Assembly (NCBI GenBank): GCA_021325135.1
Contig: JAJPHT010000036.1
Span: 1-64,000, forward strand
Direction: 5' to 3'
Length of the DNA: 64,000 nt
Source of the DNA: Pseudomonadota bacterium
Lineage (GTDB): Archaea; Thermoplasmatota; SW-10-69-26; JACQPN01; JAJPHT01
Made by a program: the position numbers and the translations under genes
Part shown: positions 9,631 to 19,341 of the stretch, in pieces
Position numbering within the stretch: the first letter of the stretch is position 1
How the letters are laid out: every line of letters starts with the position of its first letter
Notes under the pieces: model-generated
Database searches by the model: none
What the model saw: only the letters and a program-made list of their open reading frames with translations
What the model was told of the DNA's origin: nothing

Positions 9631-10854
9631 TCAGAGCCCGGCCACGCGGCGAAGCTCGTCCACCTTGTCCAGGCGCTCCCAGGGCAGGTCGAGGTCGTCG
9701 CGGCCGAAGTGGCCATACGCGGCGACCTGCCGGTAGAGCGGGCGGCGAAGCTGAAGCTCGCGGATGAGGCCGTAGGGGCTGAAGTCGAACACCTTCTTGA
9801 TGTAGCCCTCGACGTCGGCGTCGGTGAGGCGCGCGCCCTTGCGGTCCGCGCCCGTGCCGAAGGTCTGCACGTTGATGCTGAGGGGCTGGTGGTGGCCGAT
9901 GCTGTACGCAAGCTGGATCTGGCAGCGCTCGGCGAGGCCCGCGGCCACGACGTTCTTCGCCGCCCAGCGCGCGCCGTAGGCCGCGCTGCGGTCCACCTTG
10001 GTGGGGTCCTTGCCGCTGAACGCGCCGCCGCCGTGGGGCGCCGCGCCGCCGTAGGTGTCCACGATGATCTTGCGCCCCGTGAGGCCCGTGTCGCCGTGGG
10101 GGCCGCCGATCTCGAACTTCCCGGTGTGGTTGATGTAGAGCTCGGTCTTGCTGTCGAAGAAGCCCTGGGGCAGGTGGCCGCTGTCGACGTACTCCTGGAT
10201 CACGGGCTCGATGACGTAGGCGATGATGCGGCGGCGCAGGTCCTCCTGGCTGATCTCGGGGGCGTGCTGCGCGGCGATGACGATGGCGTGCGCGTGGGCC
10301 GGCACCAGCGGGGCACCAGGAGAGTTTGAGCGCCACTCGATGGTGACCTGCGTCTTGCCGTCGGGGCGCAGGTGGGGGACGATGTGCTGCTTGCGCACCT
10401 GCGCGAGGCGGCGCGCGAGGCGGTGGGCAAGCTGGATCGCCAGGGGCATGAGCTCCGGCGTCTCCTTGGTGGCGAAGCCGAACATGAGCCCCTGGTCGCC
10501 AGCACCCGTCAGCTCGGGGGTCGACTTGTCGACGCCCTGGCGGATGTGCTCGCTCTGCTCGTGGATCGCGTTGAGCACGCTGCACGTGTCCGCGTCCAGG
10601 CCGTAGGAGCCGCGGGTGTAGCCGATGTCGCGGATGATGGAGCGCACGAGGTCCTGGAGGTCCACGTACTCGGTCGTCTTGATCTCGCCGCCCACGAGCA
10701 CGAGGCCGGTCGTGGCGAACGTCTCGCAGGCCACCTTGGCGTCCGGGTCCCGGGCGAAGATGGCGTCCAGGACGCCGTCCGAGATCTGGTCGCAGAGCTT
10801 GTCGGGGTGGCCTTCCGTCACGGACTCGGAGGTGAAGAGGTACCTGTGGCTCAT
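9631..10854 (-). CDS. metK: S-adenosylmethionine synthetase, bacterial/eukaryotic type
   Basis: [41 protein letters not shown]. Confidence 0.97.
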   Translation of the reverse strand: MSHRYLFTSESVTEGHPDKLCDQISDGVLDAIFARDPDAKVACETFATTGLVLVGGEIKTTEYVDLQDLVRSIIRDIGYTRGSYGLDADTCSVLNAIHEQSEHIRQGVDKSTPELTGAGDQGLMFGFATKETPELMPLAIQLAHRLARRLAQVRKQHIVPHLRPDGKTQVTIEWRSNSPGAPLVPAHAHAIVIAAQHAPEISQEDLRRRIIAYVIEPVIQEYVDSGHLPQGFFDSKTELYINHTGKFEIGGPHGDTGLTGRKIIVDTYGGAAPHGGGAFSGKDPTKVDRSAAYGARWAAKNVVAAGLAERCQIQLAYSIGHHQPLSINVQTFGTGADRKGARLTDADVEGYIKKVFDFSPYGLIRELQLRRPLYRQVAAYGHFGRDDLDLPWERLDKVDELRRVAGL

Positions 10855-10984
10855 GGCGTGGTCACTGGATGGCAGCGGGAGGCCGCATTTTATATTCATG
10901 CGTTCCGGGCAAGCGATTCCCACCGAGCATTTCCCCATGCGCCCGGCGAATCCCTTTTCCGGCCCGCCCGCGCTCGGGGGTCCC

Positions 10985-11827
10985 GTGCGCATCGACCTGC
11001 ACACGCACAGCACCGTCTCGGACGGCACGCTGACGCCCGCGCAGCTCGTCGCCCACGCCCGCGAGAGGGGCCTCGCCGCCCTGGCGCTCACGGACCACGA
11101 CCACGTGGGCGGCCTCGCGGAGGCGCGCCGCGAGGGGGAGCGCCTCGGGGTCGAGGTCGTGGCGGGCGTCGAGCTTTCCGCCGAGGACCCGGAGGCCGGC
11201 GAGCTTCACCTCCTGGGCTACCTCTTCGACGAGGAGGACCCCGCGCTCCTCGCGCGCCTGGAGGCGCTGCGCGACGCGCGCGCCCTGCGCGGCGCCCGCA
11301 TGGTCGAGCGCCTGCGGGAGGCTGGCCTCGACGTGTCGCTGGACGAGGTGGTCCGCGAGGTGGCGCCCGGCGCGAGCCTGGGGCGCCCCCACGTCGCGCG
11401 TGTGCTCGTGGCGAAGGGGCACGCGGCCAGCATCGAGGACGCCTTCGACCGCTGGCTGGGCGAGGGCCGCCCCGGCCACGTCCCCAAGGAGCGCCTCGCC
11501 CCCGAGGAGGCCATGGGGCTCATCCACGCCGCGGGGGGCGTCGTCTCGCTGGCGCACCCGGTCACGATCCGGGACGAGAAGCAGGAGGCCCTCGTGCGCC
11601 GCCTCGCGGCGCTGGGCCTGGACGGGATCGAGGTCGTGCACAGCAAGCACGGGCCCCACGAGCGGTCGCGCTTCGGCGGCTGGGCCAAGGCGCTGGGCCT
11701 CGTCGCCACGGGGGGCAGCGACTTCCACGGCGCCAACAAGCCCGACGTGGAGCTTGGCGACGGGAAGCGCGGCAACGTGCGCGTCGGGCCCGAGACCCTG
11801 GCGGCGCTCCGTCAGCGGCTCCCGTAG
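10985..11827 (+). CDS. PHP-domain metal-dependent phosphoesterase (TrpH/YciV-like)
   Basis: [32 protein letters not shown]; alternative ATG at 10937. Confidence 0.92.
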   Translation: MRIDLHTHSTVSDGTLTPAQLVAHARERGLAALALTDHDHVGGLAEARREGERLGVEVVAGVELSAEDPEAGELHLLGYLFDEEDPALLARLEALRDARALRGARMVERLREAGLDVSLDEVVREVAPGASLGRPHVARVLVAKGHAASIEDAFDRWLGEGRPGHVPKERLAPEEAMGLIHAAGGVVSLAHPVTIRDEKQEALVRRLAALGLDGIEVVHSKHGPHERSRFGGWAKALGLVATGGSDFHGANKPDVELGDGKRGNVRVGPETLAALRQRLP

Positions 11828-12033
11828 AAGGGCGGGCCGCGGGCGCGCGCGTCCTCGCGCACGAGCGAGCCCTGGAGCGAGAGGCGCGTCACGTACACGA
11901 GGAACTCGGTGGGCGACCGGAACCCCGTCCCCTCGATGGCCTTCTTGACCTCCTCATAGAGAGGCTGAGGGATGCTGATGGTCGTGTAGCGGCTCTTGGA
12001 CCCGGCTGCGGGGGCGGGCGTGAAGGCTTCCAT
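11812..12033 (-). CDS. CopG/ribbon-helix-helix DNA-binding protein
   Basis: RYTTISIPQPLYEEVKKAIEGTGFRSPTEFLVYVTR. Confidence 0.8.
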   Translation of the reverse strand: MEAFTPAPAAGSKSRYTTISIPQPLYEEVKKAIEGTGFRSPTEFLVYVTRLSLQGSLVREDARARGPPFYGSR

Positions 12034-12200
12034 CGCGGGTCCGTATGGGGGGCGGGGCATTCCCATTCTGGTACACGCTTGGGGGATCGTTCGACGCTTC
12101 GACGAACCGTGCCGCCAGGCTCGCGCCCGCGCCCAAGCTATCATTCGTCGAAGCAACGAGAAAAAGGGGGGACGCGGGCGCGGGGCCCGCGACGATGCGA

Positions 12201-13022
12201 TCACGCGGCGGGCGCAGGCGCCTTGAGGCTGCCCAGGTCGGACTCGACCTGCTTGAGCTTCTCCATGACGATGGAGGCAGCCTTGCGCAGGGCGACGACG
12301 GGGGAGAGCGCGCCGTCGGTCTCGACGCGCAGCAGCCAGCGGTCGGGCTCGAAGGAGAGCTCGACGTTGTCCAGGTTGTGCAGGTCCTTCACGCTGCGCA
12401 GCCAGGCGGCGCCCTTCACGGGGTCCAGCACCTTCAGCTGGGTCCCTTCCAGGGCGATGACGCCAGGGGGGACCACCTTGGCCAGGCGCTCCGCCTGGTG
12501 GGCCGTGAGGGGCCCGGTGACCTTCACGACGGGGTACTCCATGTACCCGACCGCCGTGACCGCCTGCCACTTCGCGTGCTCGATGCCGCTGCCCAGGATG
12601 GCCCCCGCCTCGAGCATGAGGCGCTGGCCCTCCAGGAGCTTCACCACGGGGACCTTGGGGTCCACGATGCGGAACTTGGCGTCGGCGGCGGGGATGAGGT
12701 CGCCCGAGTAGACCGTGCAGGGGCCCTCCTTGGAGAGGGTGAAGAGCACGGTGCAGTTCGCGCAGCCCTCGCCGTTGCACGTGCAGTCCTGGCGGCGCAC
12801 GAACTGGTTGAGGTCCGTGGGCACCGGGAGCAGGCCGAGGCGGTGGGCCACCATCTCGTCGAAGAGCGCGCTGGTGTTGTCGTACACCGTCACGTCCTCG
12901 ATGGCGAGCTTGGGGACCTGCGACATCAGCGTGCGGCGCAGCGCGTTGAGGAACGAGGGGGTCGCGCCGCTGACGTCGAAGAGCGCCGTGCTCTCCGTGC
13001 TCTCGACGACGGCCACCTTCAC
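12201..13022 (-). CDS. rpoD: DNA-directed RNA polymerase subunit D (Rpo3)
   Basis: NALRRTLMSQVP, NTSALFDEMVAHRLGLLP, EHAKWQ; operon position. Confidence 0.96.
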   Translation of the reverse strand: MKVAVVESTESTALFDVSGATPSFLNALRRTLMSQVPKLAIEDVTVYDNTSALFDEMVAHRLGLLPVPTDLNQFVRRQDCTCNGEGCANCTVLFTLSKEGPCTVYSGDLIPAADAKFRIVDPKVPVVKLLEGQRLMLEAGAILGSGIEHAKWQAVTAVGYMEYPVVKVTGPLTAHQAERLAKVVPPGVIALEGTQLKVLDPVKGAAWLRSVKDLHNLDNVELSFEPDRWLLRVETDGALSPVVALRKAASIVMEKLKQVESDLGSLKAPAPAA

Positions 13023-13023
13023 G

Positions 13024-13407
13024 TTACACCCTCCGGCCGCGCCGTCCGCCCTTCTTGCGCGTGCCGTCGTGCGGCAGGGGCGTGACGTCCTCGATGCGGC
13101 CGATGCGCATGCCCGCGCGCGCGAGCGCGCGGATGGCGGCCTGGGCGCCGGGGCCCGGGCTCTTCGTCTTGTGCCCGCCGGGGGCGCGCACCTTGACGTG
13201 GAGCGAGTCGATGCCCTTCTCGCGCGCCTGGTCGGCCAGCCTCTCGGCGGCCTTCATGGCGGCGTAGGGGCTGCCCTCGTCCTTCGCGGCGCGGACGACC
13301 ATGCCGCCCGTGCACTTCGCGATGGTCTCGGCGCCGGTCACGTCCGTGACCGTCATGAGGATGTTGTTGAACGACGCGTAGATGTTGACGACTGCCCAGC
13401 GAGCCAT
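13024..13407 (-). CDS. rps11: 30S ribosomal protein S11 (uS11)
   Basis: [36 protein letters not shown]. Confidence 0.98.
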   Translation of the reverse strand: MARWAVVNIYASFNNILMTVTDVTGAETIAKCTGGMVVRAAKDEGSPYAAMKAAERLADQAREKGIDSLHVKVRAPGGHKTKSPGPGAQAAIRALARAGMRIGRIEDVTPLPHDGTRKKGGRRGRRV

Positions 13408-14181
13408 TTACTGACCACCCTCCGTGGAGCCACCGGACGACGCACCACCCGCGCCACCGCGGGGGCCGCGGGGCGGGCCGCGGCGCGGGGGGCCGCGACC
13501 GAACGGGTTGCCGCCGGGGCCGCCGCGACCGGAGCGGTCGCCGAACTGCGCGCGCTGCACCGCGCCGCCGCCCGCGTTGGGGCCGCGGCCGCGGCCGGCC
13601 GGCTTCTGGCGGCCGGGCTCGGGAGGCGCGATCTCCATGAGCTGGTTGCCACCCTCGGACACCTTGGGGCGCACGGGGTGGTCCTGGTTGGTGAGGGGCG
13701 ACGATGAGGCGTACTCGATGCTCATCTCGTCGGCCTTCATGACGTGGTAGCCGGGGATGTTCACGCGGCGGCCGCCGATGGCGACGTGCCCGTGGACGAT
13801 CATCTGGCGCGCCTGCGTGGGCGTGGACGCGAGGCCCTTGAGGTAGGCCATGGTCTGGAGGCGGCGCATGAGGACGGCCTCGACGTTCAACGCGAGGATG
13901 TCGTCGAGCTTCGCGCCCTCGGAGATGAGGCCCATCTTCGTGAGGCGGGAGAGAAGGCCCTGCGTCTCGCGCTGGACCTGGGCAAGGCCGGTGAGCTGCT
14001 TGCCCTGGAGGTCGCGGGCCTGGCCGCGGATCTGGCGGAGCTTGGAGCGCGCCTTCCAGATCTCGGTCTTGTTCTTGAGCCCGTACTTCTTCTGGAGGTC
14101 CTTCTCCTCCTGGATGCGCGCGGACTGCCAGGGGTGGTTGGGCGTCTCGTACAGCTTGCGGGAGAACTTCGGGTCGCCCAT
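13408..14181 (-). CDS. rps4: 30S ribosomal protein S4 (uS4) with long Gly/Arg C-terminal tail
   Basis: MGDPKFSRK, KYGLKNKTEIW, RRLQT, QARQMIVHGH. Confidence 0.97.
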   Translation of the reverse strand: MGDPKFSRKLYETPNHPWQSARIQEEKDLQKKYGLKNKTEIWKARSKLRQIRGQARDLQGKQLTGLAQVQRETQGLLSRLTKMGLISEGAKLDDILALNVEAVLMRRLQTMAYLKGLASTPTQARQMIVHGHVAIGGRRVNIPGYHVMKADEMSIEYASSSPLTNQDHPVRPKVSEGGNQLMEIAPPEPGRQKPAGRGRGPNAGGGAVQRAQFGDRSGRGGPGGNPFGRGPPRRGPPRGPRGGAGGASSGGSTEGGQ

Positions 14182-14183
14182 GT

Positions 14184-14654
14184 TCACTCACCCTGCTTCT
14201 TCTTCTGGACACCCAGCGTGAGGCCGGTGCGGCCGTTGCTCTTGCTGCGCTGGCCGCGCACCTTCTGGCCCGACTCGTGGCGCAGGCCGCGGTAGGTGCG
14301 GATCTTCTTGAGGCGGTTGAGGTCGTCGCGGAGCTTGATCTCCACGTCGGTGCCGATGAGGTGGCCATCCTCGCCCGTCTCGACGTCCTTGCGGCGGTTG
14401 AGCATCCACGCGGGCAGGTTGCCCTCGAGGTTCTCCACGGCCTCCTGGAGCTTGGCGACGTCGGCGTCGTTGAGGTCGCCGATGCGCTGGTAGGCGTTGA
14501 CGCCCGCCTTCTCGGCCACGACGGCCGCGGTGCGGATGCCGAGGCCCTTCACCTGCGCGAGGGCGGGGATGATCTGGTACTTGCCATCCAGGTCGGTGTT
14601 GGCGACGCGGACGATGTACTTGAAGTCCGGATTCTCTTCCTTCTTGTCTGCCAT
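14184..14654 (-). CDS. rps13: 30S ribosomal protein S13 (uS13)
   Basis: FKYIVRVANTDLDG, PAWMLNRRKD, YRGLRHESGQKVRGQR. Confidence 0.98.
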   Translation of the reverse strand: MADKKEENPDFKYIVRVANTDLDGKYQIIPALAQVKGLGIRTAAVVAEKAGVNAYQRIGDLNDADVAKLQEAVENLEGNLPAWMLNRRKDVETGEDGHLIGTDVEIKLRDDLNRLKKIRTYRGLRHESGQKVRGQRSKSNGRTGLTLGVQKKKQGE

Positions 14655-14792
14655 GGGGGGTTTCCCTCCAAGACCACGCCAGCGCCCCGAGAAGGGGCGC
14701 GTCTGCGAGGGCGCGCGAGCGCCCTGTCCCCTGCGCGAAGCGCGGAGACAGATCTGCCCTCCCGTCGGGGAAGGGAATCGCCGATGGGGCAC

Positions 14793-14806
14793 CCCCTATA
14801 AAAGCG
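14793..14806 (-). promoter_or_regulatory. Putative TATA box of the rps13 operon
   Basis: Minus strand reads cgcttttatagggg, about 140 nt upstream of the rps13 ATG. Confidence 0.6.
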
Positions 14807-14823
14807 CTTGGGGGTTCGGGGCT

Positions 14824-14870
14824 TTGTTCCCAAATCCGCCGATTCGGGAATGGCGGGGATTCGGGAACAA
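14824..14870. repeat. Inverted repeat of the GGATTCGG periodic-hairpin family
   Basis: ttgttcccaaatcc / ggattcgggaacaa; gattcgggaa occurs twice. Confidence 0.7.
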
Positions 14871-15015
14871 CCCGGCCGGGGAACGGGGGGTCAAGGGCCC
14901 TTATAGACCCGGGCAGCGGGCGGACCCCTATCTCAGGAGCCGGAAGACAGATGGAGCTGCTGACCGTAGTTCACCCGCCCCGCCGAGCCGCCGCAAGAGG
15001 AGGGGGCGGGCGAGG

Positions 15016-15189
15016 ATGAATACCATGAACAAGGGCAGTGGTGGACGTGGCGGGCATGCGGGCGGTCACCGTGGCGGAAGTTCCCCGGAACGGTCCCCCA
15101 ACGACGATCGTTCGGACGTGAAGAACTCGAACAACCCGGCCTATGCAGCCGACCAAGCCAACCGCGCGAGCCAAGAGGACGGCGACTAA
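15016..15189 (+). CDS. Small hydrophilic protein (PNDDRSDVKNSNNPAY motif)
   Basis: ATG with GAGG RBS; 57-aa Gly/Asn-rich ORF; TATA-like ccttatag upstream. Confidence 0.55.
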   Translation: MNTMNKGSGGRGGHAGGHRGGSSPERSPNDDRSDVKNSNNPAYAADQANRASQEDGD

Positions 15190-15322
15190 GGGAAGACCAC
15201 ACGGGGTTGGCCAGACGCCGCCTCGCCCAAACACCCACGACTCTATTCCCAACCCAGCTTCGGGGATGGGAGAGGGATTCTGGAGATCCATGCCCGCGGT
15301 CGCTACTATCCCCGAGCGGGCT

Positions 15323-15748
15323 TTATCGTGGGCGGTTCGGCTGACGACGACCCCGGAGACGATCCAGCGCCACACGCAAATCGTCAAGGGTGGCCAACAG
15401 TGAGTCAACCGTGAACATACGCAGAAGCGAGAGGCTCCCCAAGCCGAAGATGATCCCCGCGACAAGGTCAATTTGTGCCATCATGAGAGCCATGGCGGCG
15501 ACGCTTCCCAGGCTTCCTGCGGTGCCACACGCGTGCGTGAGCCAATGGTCCTCACGGCGGAGGACAAACCCGCGGAGCGCCGCATATGCAAGAATAGGAA
15601 GCGCACCGCTCATGACTTGAGCGCCCAGGATGAGATATGGTCCTCGGTCTGCTGCGCTGAGAGTTCCCGCCAAGAAAGCGACGTCCGCACCTAAGAGTCC
15701 GATTTGCGCGGCGTGCAGCCTTGCCATCATCTCGTCCCGCATCGACAC
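15323..15748 (-). CDS. Hypothetical membrane protein
   Basis: About 4 hydrophobic segments; start uncertain. Confidence 0.5.
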   Translation of the reverse strand: MSMRDEMMARLHAAQIGLLGADVAFLAGTLSAADRGPYLILGAQVMSGALPILAYAALRGFVLRREDHWLTHACGTAGSLGSVAAMALMMAQIDLVAGIIFGLGSLSLLRMFTVDSLLATLDDLRVALDRLRGRRQPNRPR

Positions 15749-15866
15749 TGTCCAGGCGAAGGGGGCGCTTCATGTCTTGCCCCCAATCCTGTAGCCATAG
15801 GATAATTTGCAGAACCCCCTGCTACCGACAATCGATTTCAAGAAGCCATGACCGGCTTCCGGAGTA

Positions 15867-16562
15867 TTGGCCGCACCTAATCCGACCCAGACTCCATCCT
15901 TGGGCGGAGCACGGGCACGGATTCACTCGTGGCTCGCAGGCTACAGTCTAGCCATGGCGGAGCTCTTCCTTGGTGCCGCCTTGCTTCTGGAGGCTCGCCA
16001 CCCCCCAGGGTTCACGCGGTTCGTATGTCACGCCGTGCGCGAAATTGGCAACCGACTCCCGGAGTTCATCGGAGGCAAGATCGTGGAGGAACGGTTGGAT
16101 TACGGCAAGCACATCTCCCTCATCCGGACGGAGTGGAATGAGGGCGGCGTGGACTTGGATGGGTGGGATGCACCTCTAGACGATGGCCAAGTCCCAGTTA
16201 ATCCTCCTCCGACTGTGACAATCCCGCGAGGCGTAGTTCGGGAGGTTGCGCGCCTCCTGAAAGCCCACGAAGAGATGCCTCGTGAGCGGCGGCCAATTCG
16301 GCGCATGTTCATGGCGCTCTCGGGTGATGTCGGGGACGAACAACTGAGACCAGCGGAAGCGGAGTGGCTCCGGGTTAAGCAGTGGTTCATGGATGGAACC
16401 CATGAGAGCGTCACATCTCCTCGTCACGACTCAACGTTCAGCCTAGAAGAAATGCAGGAAAATTTTGCTGCATTTGAACGCATGCTTGAAGCGCTCTCGA
16501 CTCCCCCCACACCAAGACTCGGAGCACTCGATGCCCTCCTGGAAGAAGCCAACCAACAGTGA
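15867..16562 (+). CDS. Hypothetical protein, possible HEPN-like effector
   Basis: HAVREIGNRLPE motif and helical C-terminus with WFMDGTH; start uncertain (TTG 15867 or ATG 15954). Confidence 0.65.
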   Translation: MAAPNPTQTPSLGGARARIHSWLAGYSLAMAELFLGAALLLEARHPPGFTRFVCHAVREIGNRLPEFIGGKIVEERLDYGKHISLIRTEWNEGGVDLDGWDAPLDDGQVPVNPPPTVTIPRGVVREVARLLKAHEEMPRERRPIRRMFMALSGDVGDEQLRPAEAEWLRVKQWFMDGTHESVTSPRHDSTFSLEEMQENFAAFERMLEALSTPPTPRLGALDALLEEANQQ

Positions 16563-19341
16563 CGTAGCCAAAGCCGTCGGCATGCTGGTCGATGTGGTCC
16601 AGTTACGACACTTCTTCAGCAAGTTGGACAATCCAGAATGGATCACGCCACTCGCCGCTCGTGGGTACTTTAAGGAAGCACCGAGACCGATTCGAGAGCC
16701 GGACGGATCGATTCGGTATCCTCCGTGGCAGCCCATCTTCTATTTGGACCGCATGGCTGCACATTCGGAGTATTCCAGCAAGATCGCCGAAATCCTCACC
16801 AAGGTGAAGGACAATGACAATGTGTTCGCAATCAGCAAGATGGCGGATATTATTCTCAAGCTCGATCCACAAGATGCGATTCGCGCACTTCCGCAATTGA
16901 AGGCTTGGCTAAAGAACATCGAGAGATCAAGCATCGAGCTCGATGCCGGAAACCTGGTAAAGCGCTTCTTGGAGGCAGGCCAGGCCCAAGCAGCACTAGA
17001 ACTGTCCAGAACCCTGTTCGAGGTCCTTCCTCCTGATCCGGCCCCAGAGGGCCGCCCTTTCCACATACCGCGGGTCAATACGCGCATCGACCGTTACTGG
17101 TATCAGCAGATTCTCAGTGAGATCTCGACGGACCTTGCTCGGAAGTGCGGTCGAGAGGCTTTGTCGTTCGTCATAGGCCTCTTAGAGAATGCACTAGCTT
17201 TCGAGAGCGCAGGCCGAGGTCCACCACACGATGCGTCCTACATCTGGCGGCCAGCTATTGATGCTCCCCCCGAACGTTCGCTCGTCGAGATTCCCGACAC
17301 TCTCCTCGTTGCAGCACGCGACATTTCCGAAGTCCTTGCTGCCGAGGCAGACGACAACACCCTCAAGGAACTCATCCATTTCCTTGAGACACGCCCATGG
17401 AATGCTGAGCATCGGCTTGCATGGCACTTGCTCACAAGACATGGGGCGCGTCTCTTGGACGAGATTGCGGCTCGTCTTACGAACAAGACAACCTTTGACG
17501 ATTCTGCGTTCCGCCACGAATATTATGTCATGGCGAAGGCTTGGTATTCCGTCTTGCCGGCTGGAGTGAAATCGCAGATTTTGAATCTAGTTCTGGAAGG
17601 CCCAGACCATCTGCCCGCATGGATTGAGTATGTACGAGAACGAACGGGCTCGTCTCCTTCCACGGAGGAGCAGCAAGCATACCAAGAACGGTGGTGGCGC
17701 GATCGCCTCTCGCCCATCAAAGACCATCTCCCAGCCGAACTCCACGCAACCTACGATCAGTGGATCATCAAGTATGGGCCCCCCGAATTTGATGAGGCCA
17801 CTGTCCGCCATAGCGGCGGCTTCGTCGGACCCGCCTCGCCTAAGAAGGCGAACGATCTCCTTGGCATGTCCGACGATGAACTCCATCGCTTTCTCACGAC
17901 ATACGAGGCAGATGATGACGAAGCGTGGGCCCCCGAGGGCTGGGAGGACGTTGGTCTTGCTCGCGAGTTGGAGAGTGCGGTCAAATCTGACCCAAACCGA
18001 TTCGCCGCGCGGTCCGTTGATTTCGCGAAGCTGCGGCCCCGCTTCGTGAAGGCTATAGCAAATGGCTTTACTCAAGCGGTCAAGGGCAAAAGCGGTCCCG
18101 ATTGGGAGACGTTGCTCCACTTCACGGAAGCCGCTCTCGAACACAGATCCCCTGAGGTTCGTGGCGAACTGGAGATGGGTCTCCTTTCCCTCCTCGACGT
18201 GGGGCTACGGGAATCCGATACTGCGTGTCCAATAGACCTTCGCGGGCGTCTCTGGGCCATCTTGCAGCGCCTGTCCAGCCATCCCAACCCGACCCCCGAG
18301 GAGGAGAAGTCCCACGCTCCCGGGTTTGGCGACCTTCACGGCTACTCTATCAACACGGTCCGAGGGACCGCTTTGCGCACTGTCATCGACTATGCTCTTT
18401 GGGTCTATCGTAGCCTCGGCGATCATGCAATCCTGACAAGGGACATGCCCGAAGTGGCTACTCTCTTGGAGGAACACTTGGATGTCATTACGGACCCAAC
18501 TCCTTCCACTCGGACGGCGTATGGTGAGCGATTGCCCTGGCTCATTCTCATGGACAAGGAATGGGCGTCGCGTCAAGTTCAACGCATCTTCCCTGACGAC
18601 CTCAATTTGGAAGTGTATCGCCGGGCAGCCTGGCAGGGTTACATGCAATTGCCTCGCGCTTACGATGATCCGTTCCGAATCTTGCGTGCACAATACGAGC
18701 GGGCCATCCAAGAACTGGTGTCGGAACCGAATCGTATCGACACCGAGGAAACTAATCACGTGGCGGAGCACCTCATGGAGGTCTTCTGGCGCGGGCTCGT
18801 GAATCTCGGAGATCCAGATCGTCTCATTGAGAAGTTCTTTGAACGGGCGCCCATAAGTCTGCGGCAACACGCCATTCGCGATATCGGAGTCGGGCTACAA
18901 CATCCTCAGACAGTCCTCAAGGGCGATGCAAAGCAGCGGCTCGAACAACTCTACGACTGGCGTCTCGATCAAACTGAAGATGCGGAGGAGTTGGAAGGAT
19001 TTGGGCGGTGGTACACTTCAGGCCACTTCGATGAGCCTTGGGCGACCAGCAGGCTGCTTAAGACACTCCAGAAAACGGGGTTCCGATTTCACGACGAAGA
19101 TGTCATCGGAGTGCTTGCAAAATCCGCGGCCTCGATTGCCGACAAGGTTTCTGCAATTGAACTCCTTATCAAGCGCGATGAAGACTACTGGCGCATCGAA
19201 AACTGGCTGCCCGAGGGCAAGCCCATCATTGAGGAAGCAAGTCGCTCGACCGATGCCGTGACCCGGGGTCGGGCGGCTGCAATCATCGACGATCTTGTCC
19301 GACGCGGTTTCCATGACCTTCGAAGTCTCTATCCAAAATAG
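16531..19341 (+). CDS. Large alpha-helical hypothetical protein (936 aa), candidate defence sensor/scaffold
   Basis: ATG with GGAG RBS lying inside the upstream ORF; FFSKLDNPEWITPL...GYF, SINTVRG; no enzyme motif recognised. Confidence 0.8.
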   Translation: MPSWKKPTNSDVAKAVGMLVDVVQLRHFFSKLDNPEWITPLAARGYFKEAPRPIREPDGSIRYPPWQPIFYLDRMAAHSEYSSKIAEILTKVKDNDNVFAISKMADIILKLDPQDAIRALPQLKAWLKNIERSSIELDAGNLVKRFLEAGQAQAALELSRTLFEVLPPDPAPEGRPFHIPRVNTRIDRYWYQQILSEISTDLARKCGREALSFVIGLLENALAFESAGRGPPHDASYIWRPAIDAPPERSLVEIPDTLLVAARDISEVLAAEADDNTLKELIHFLETRPWNAEHRLAWHLLTRHGARLLDEIAARLTNKTTFDDSAFRHEYYVMAKAWYSVLPAGVKSQILNLVLEGPDHLPAWIEYVRERTGSSPSTEEQQAYQERWWRDRLSPIKDHLPAELHATYDQWIIKYGPPEFDEATVRHSGGFVGPASPKKANDLLGMSDDELHRFLTTYEADDDEAWAPEGWEDVGLARELESAVKSDPNRFAARSVDFAKLRPRFVKAIANGFTQAVKGKSGPDWETLLHFTEAALEHRSPEVRGELEMGLLSLLDVGLRESDTACPIDLRGRLWAILQRLSSHPNPTPEEEKSHAPGFGDLHGYSINTVRGTALRTVIDYALWVYRSLGDHAILTRDMPEVATLLEEHLDVITDPTPSTRTAYGERLPWLILMDKEWASRQVQRIFPDDLNLEVYRRAAWQGYMQLPRAYDDPFRILRAQYERAIQELVSEPNRIDTEETNHVAEHLMEVFWRGLVNLGDPDRLIEKFFERAPISLRQHAIRDIGVGLQHPQTVLKGDAKQRLEQLYDWRLDQTEDAEELEGFGRWYTSGHFDEPWATSRLLKTLQKTGFRFHDEDVIGVLAKSAASIADKVSAIELLIKRDEDYWRIENWLPEGKPIIEEASRSTDAVTRGRAAAIIDDLVRRGFHDLRSLYPK

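Noticed and set aside
519-9767. Many long overlapping ORFs (e.g. 519..3260, 1130..3397, 4295..7321)
   Set aside because: Antisense or off-frame shadows caused by high GC and stop-codon scarcity; no motifs
10855-10936. SAM riboswitch upstream of metK
   Set aside because: A TATA-like element sits only about 35 nt before the ATG; no room and no consensus
14655-14790. tRNA-Ser often found upstream of archaeal rps13
   Set aside because: No T-loop GTTCRA or cloverleaf; treated as a structured leader instead
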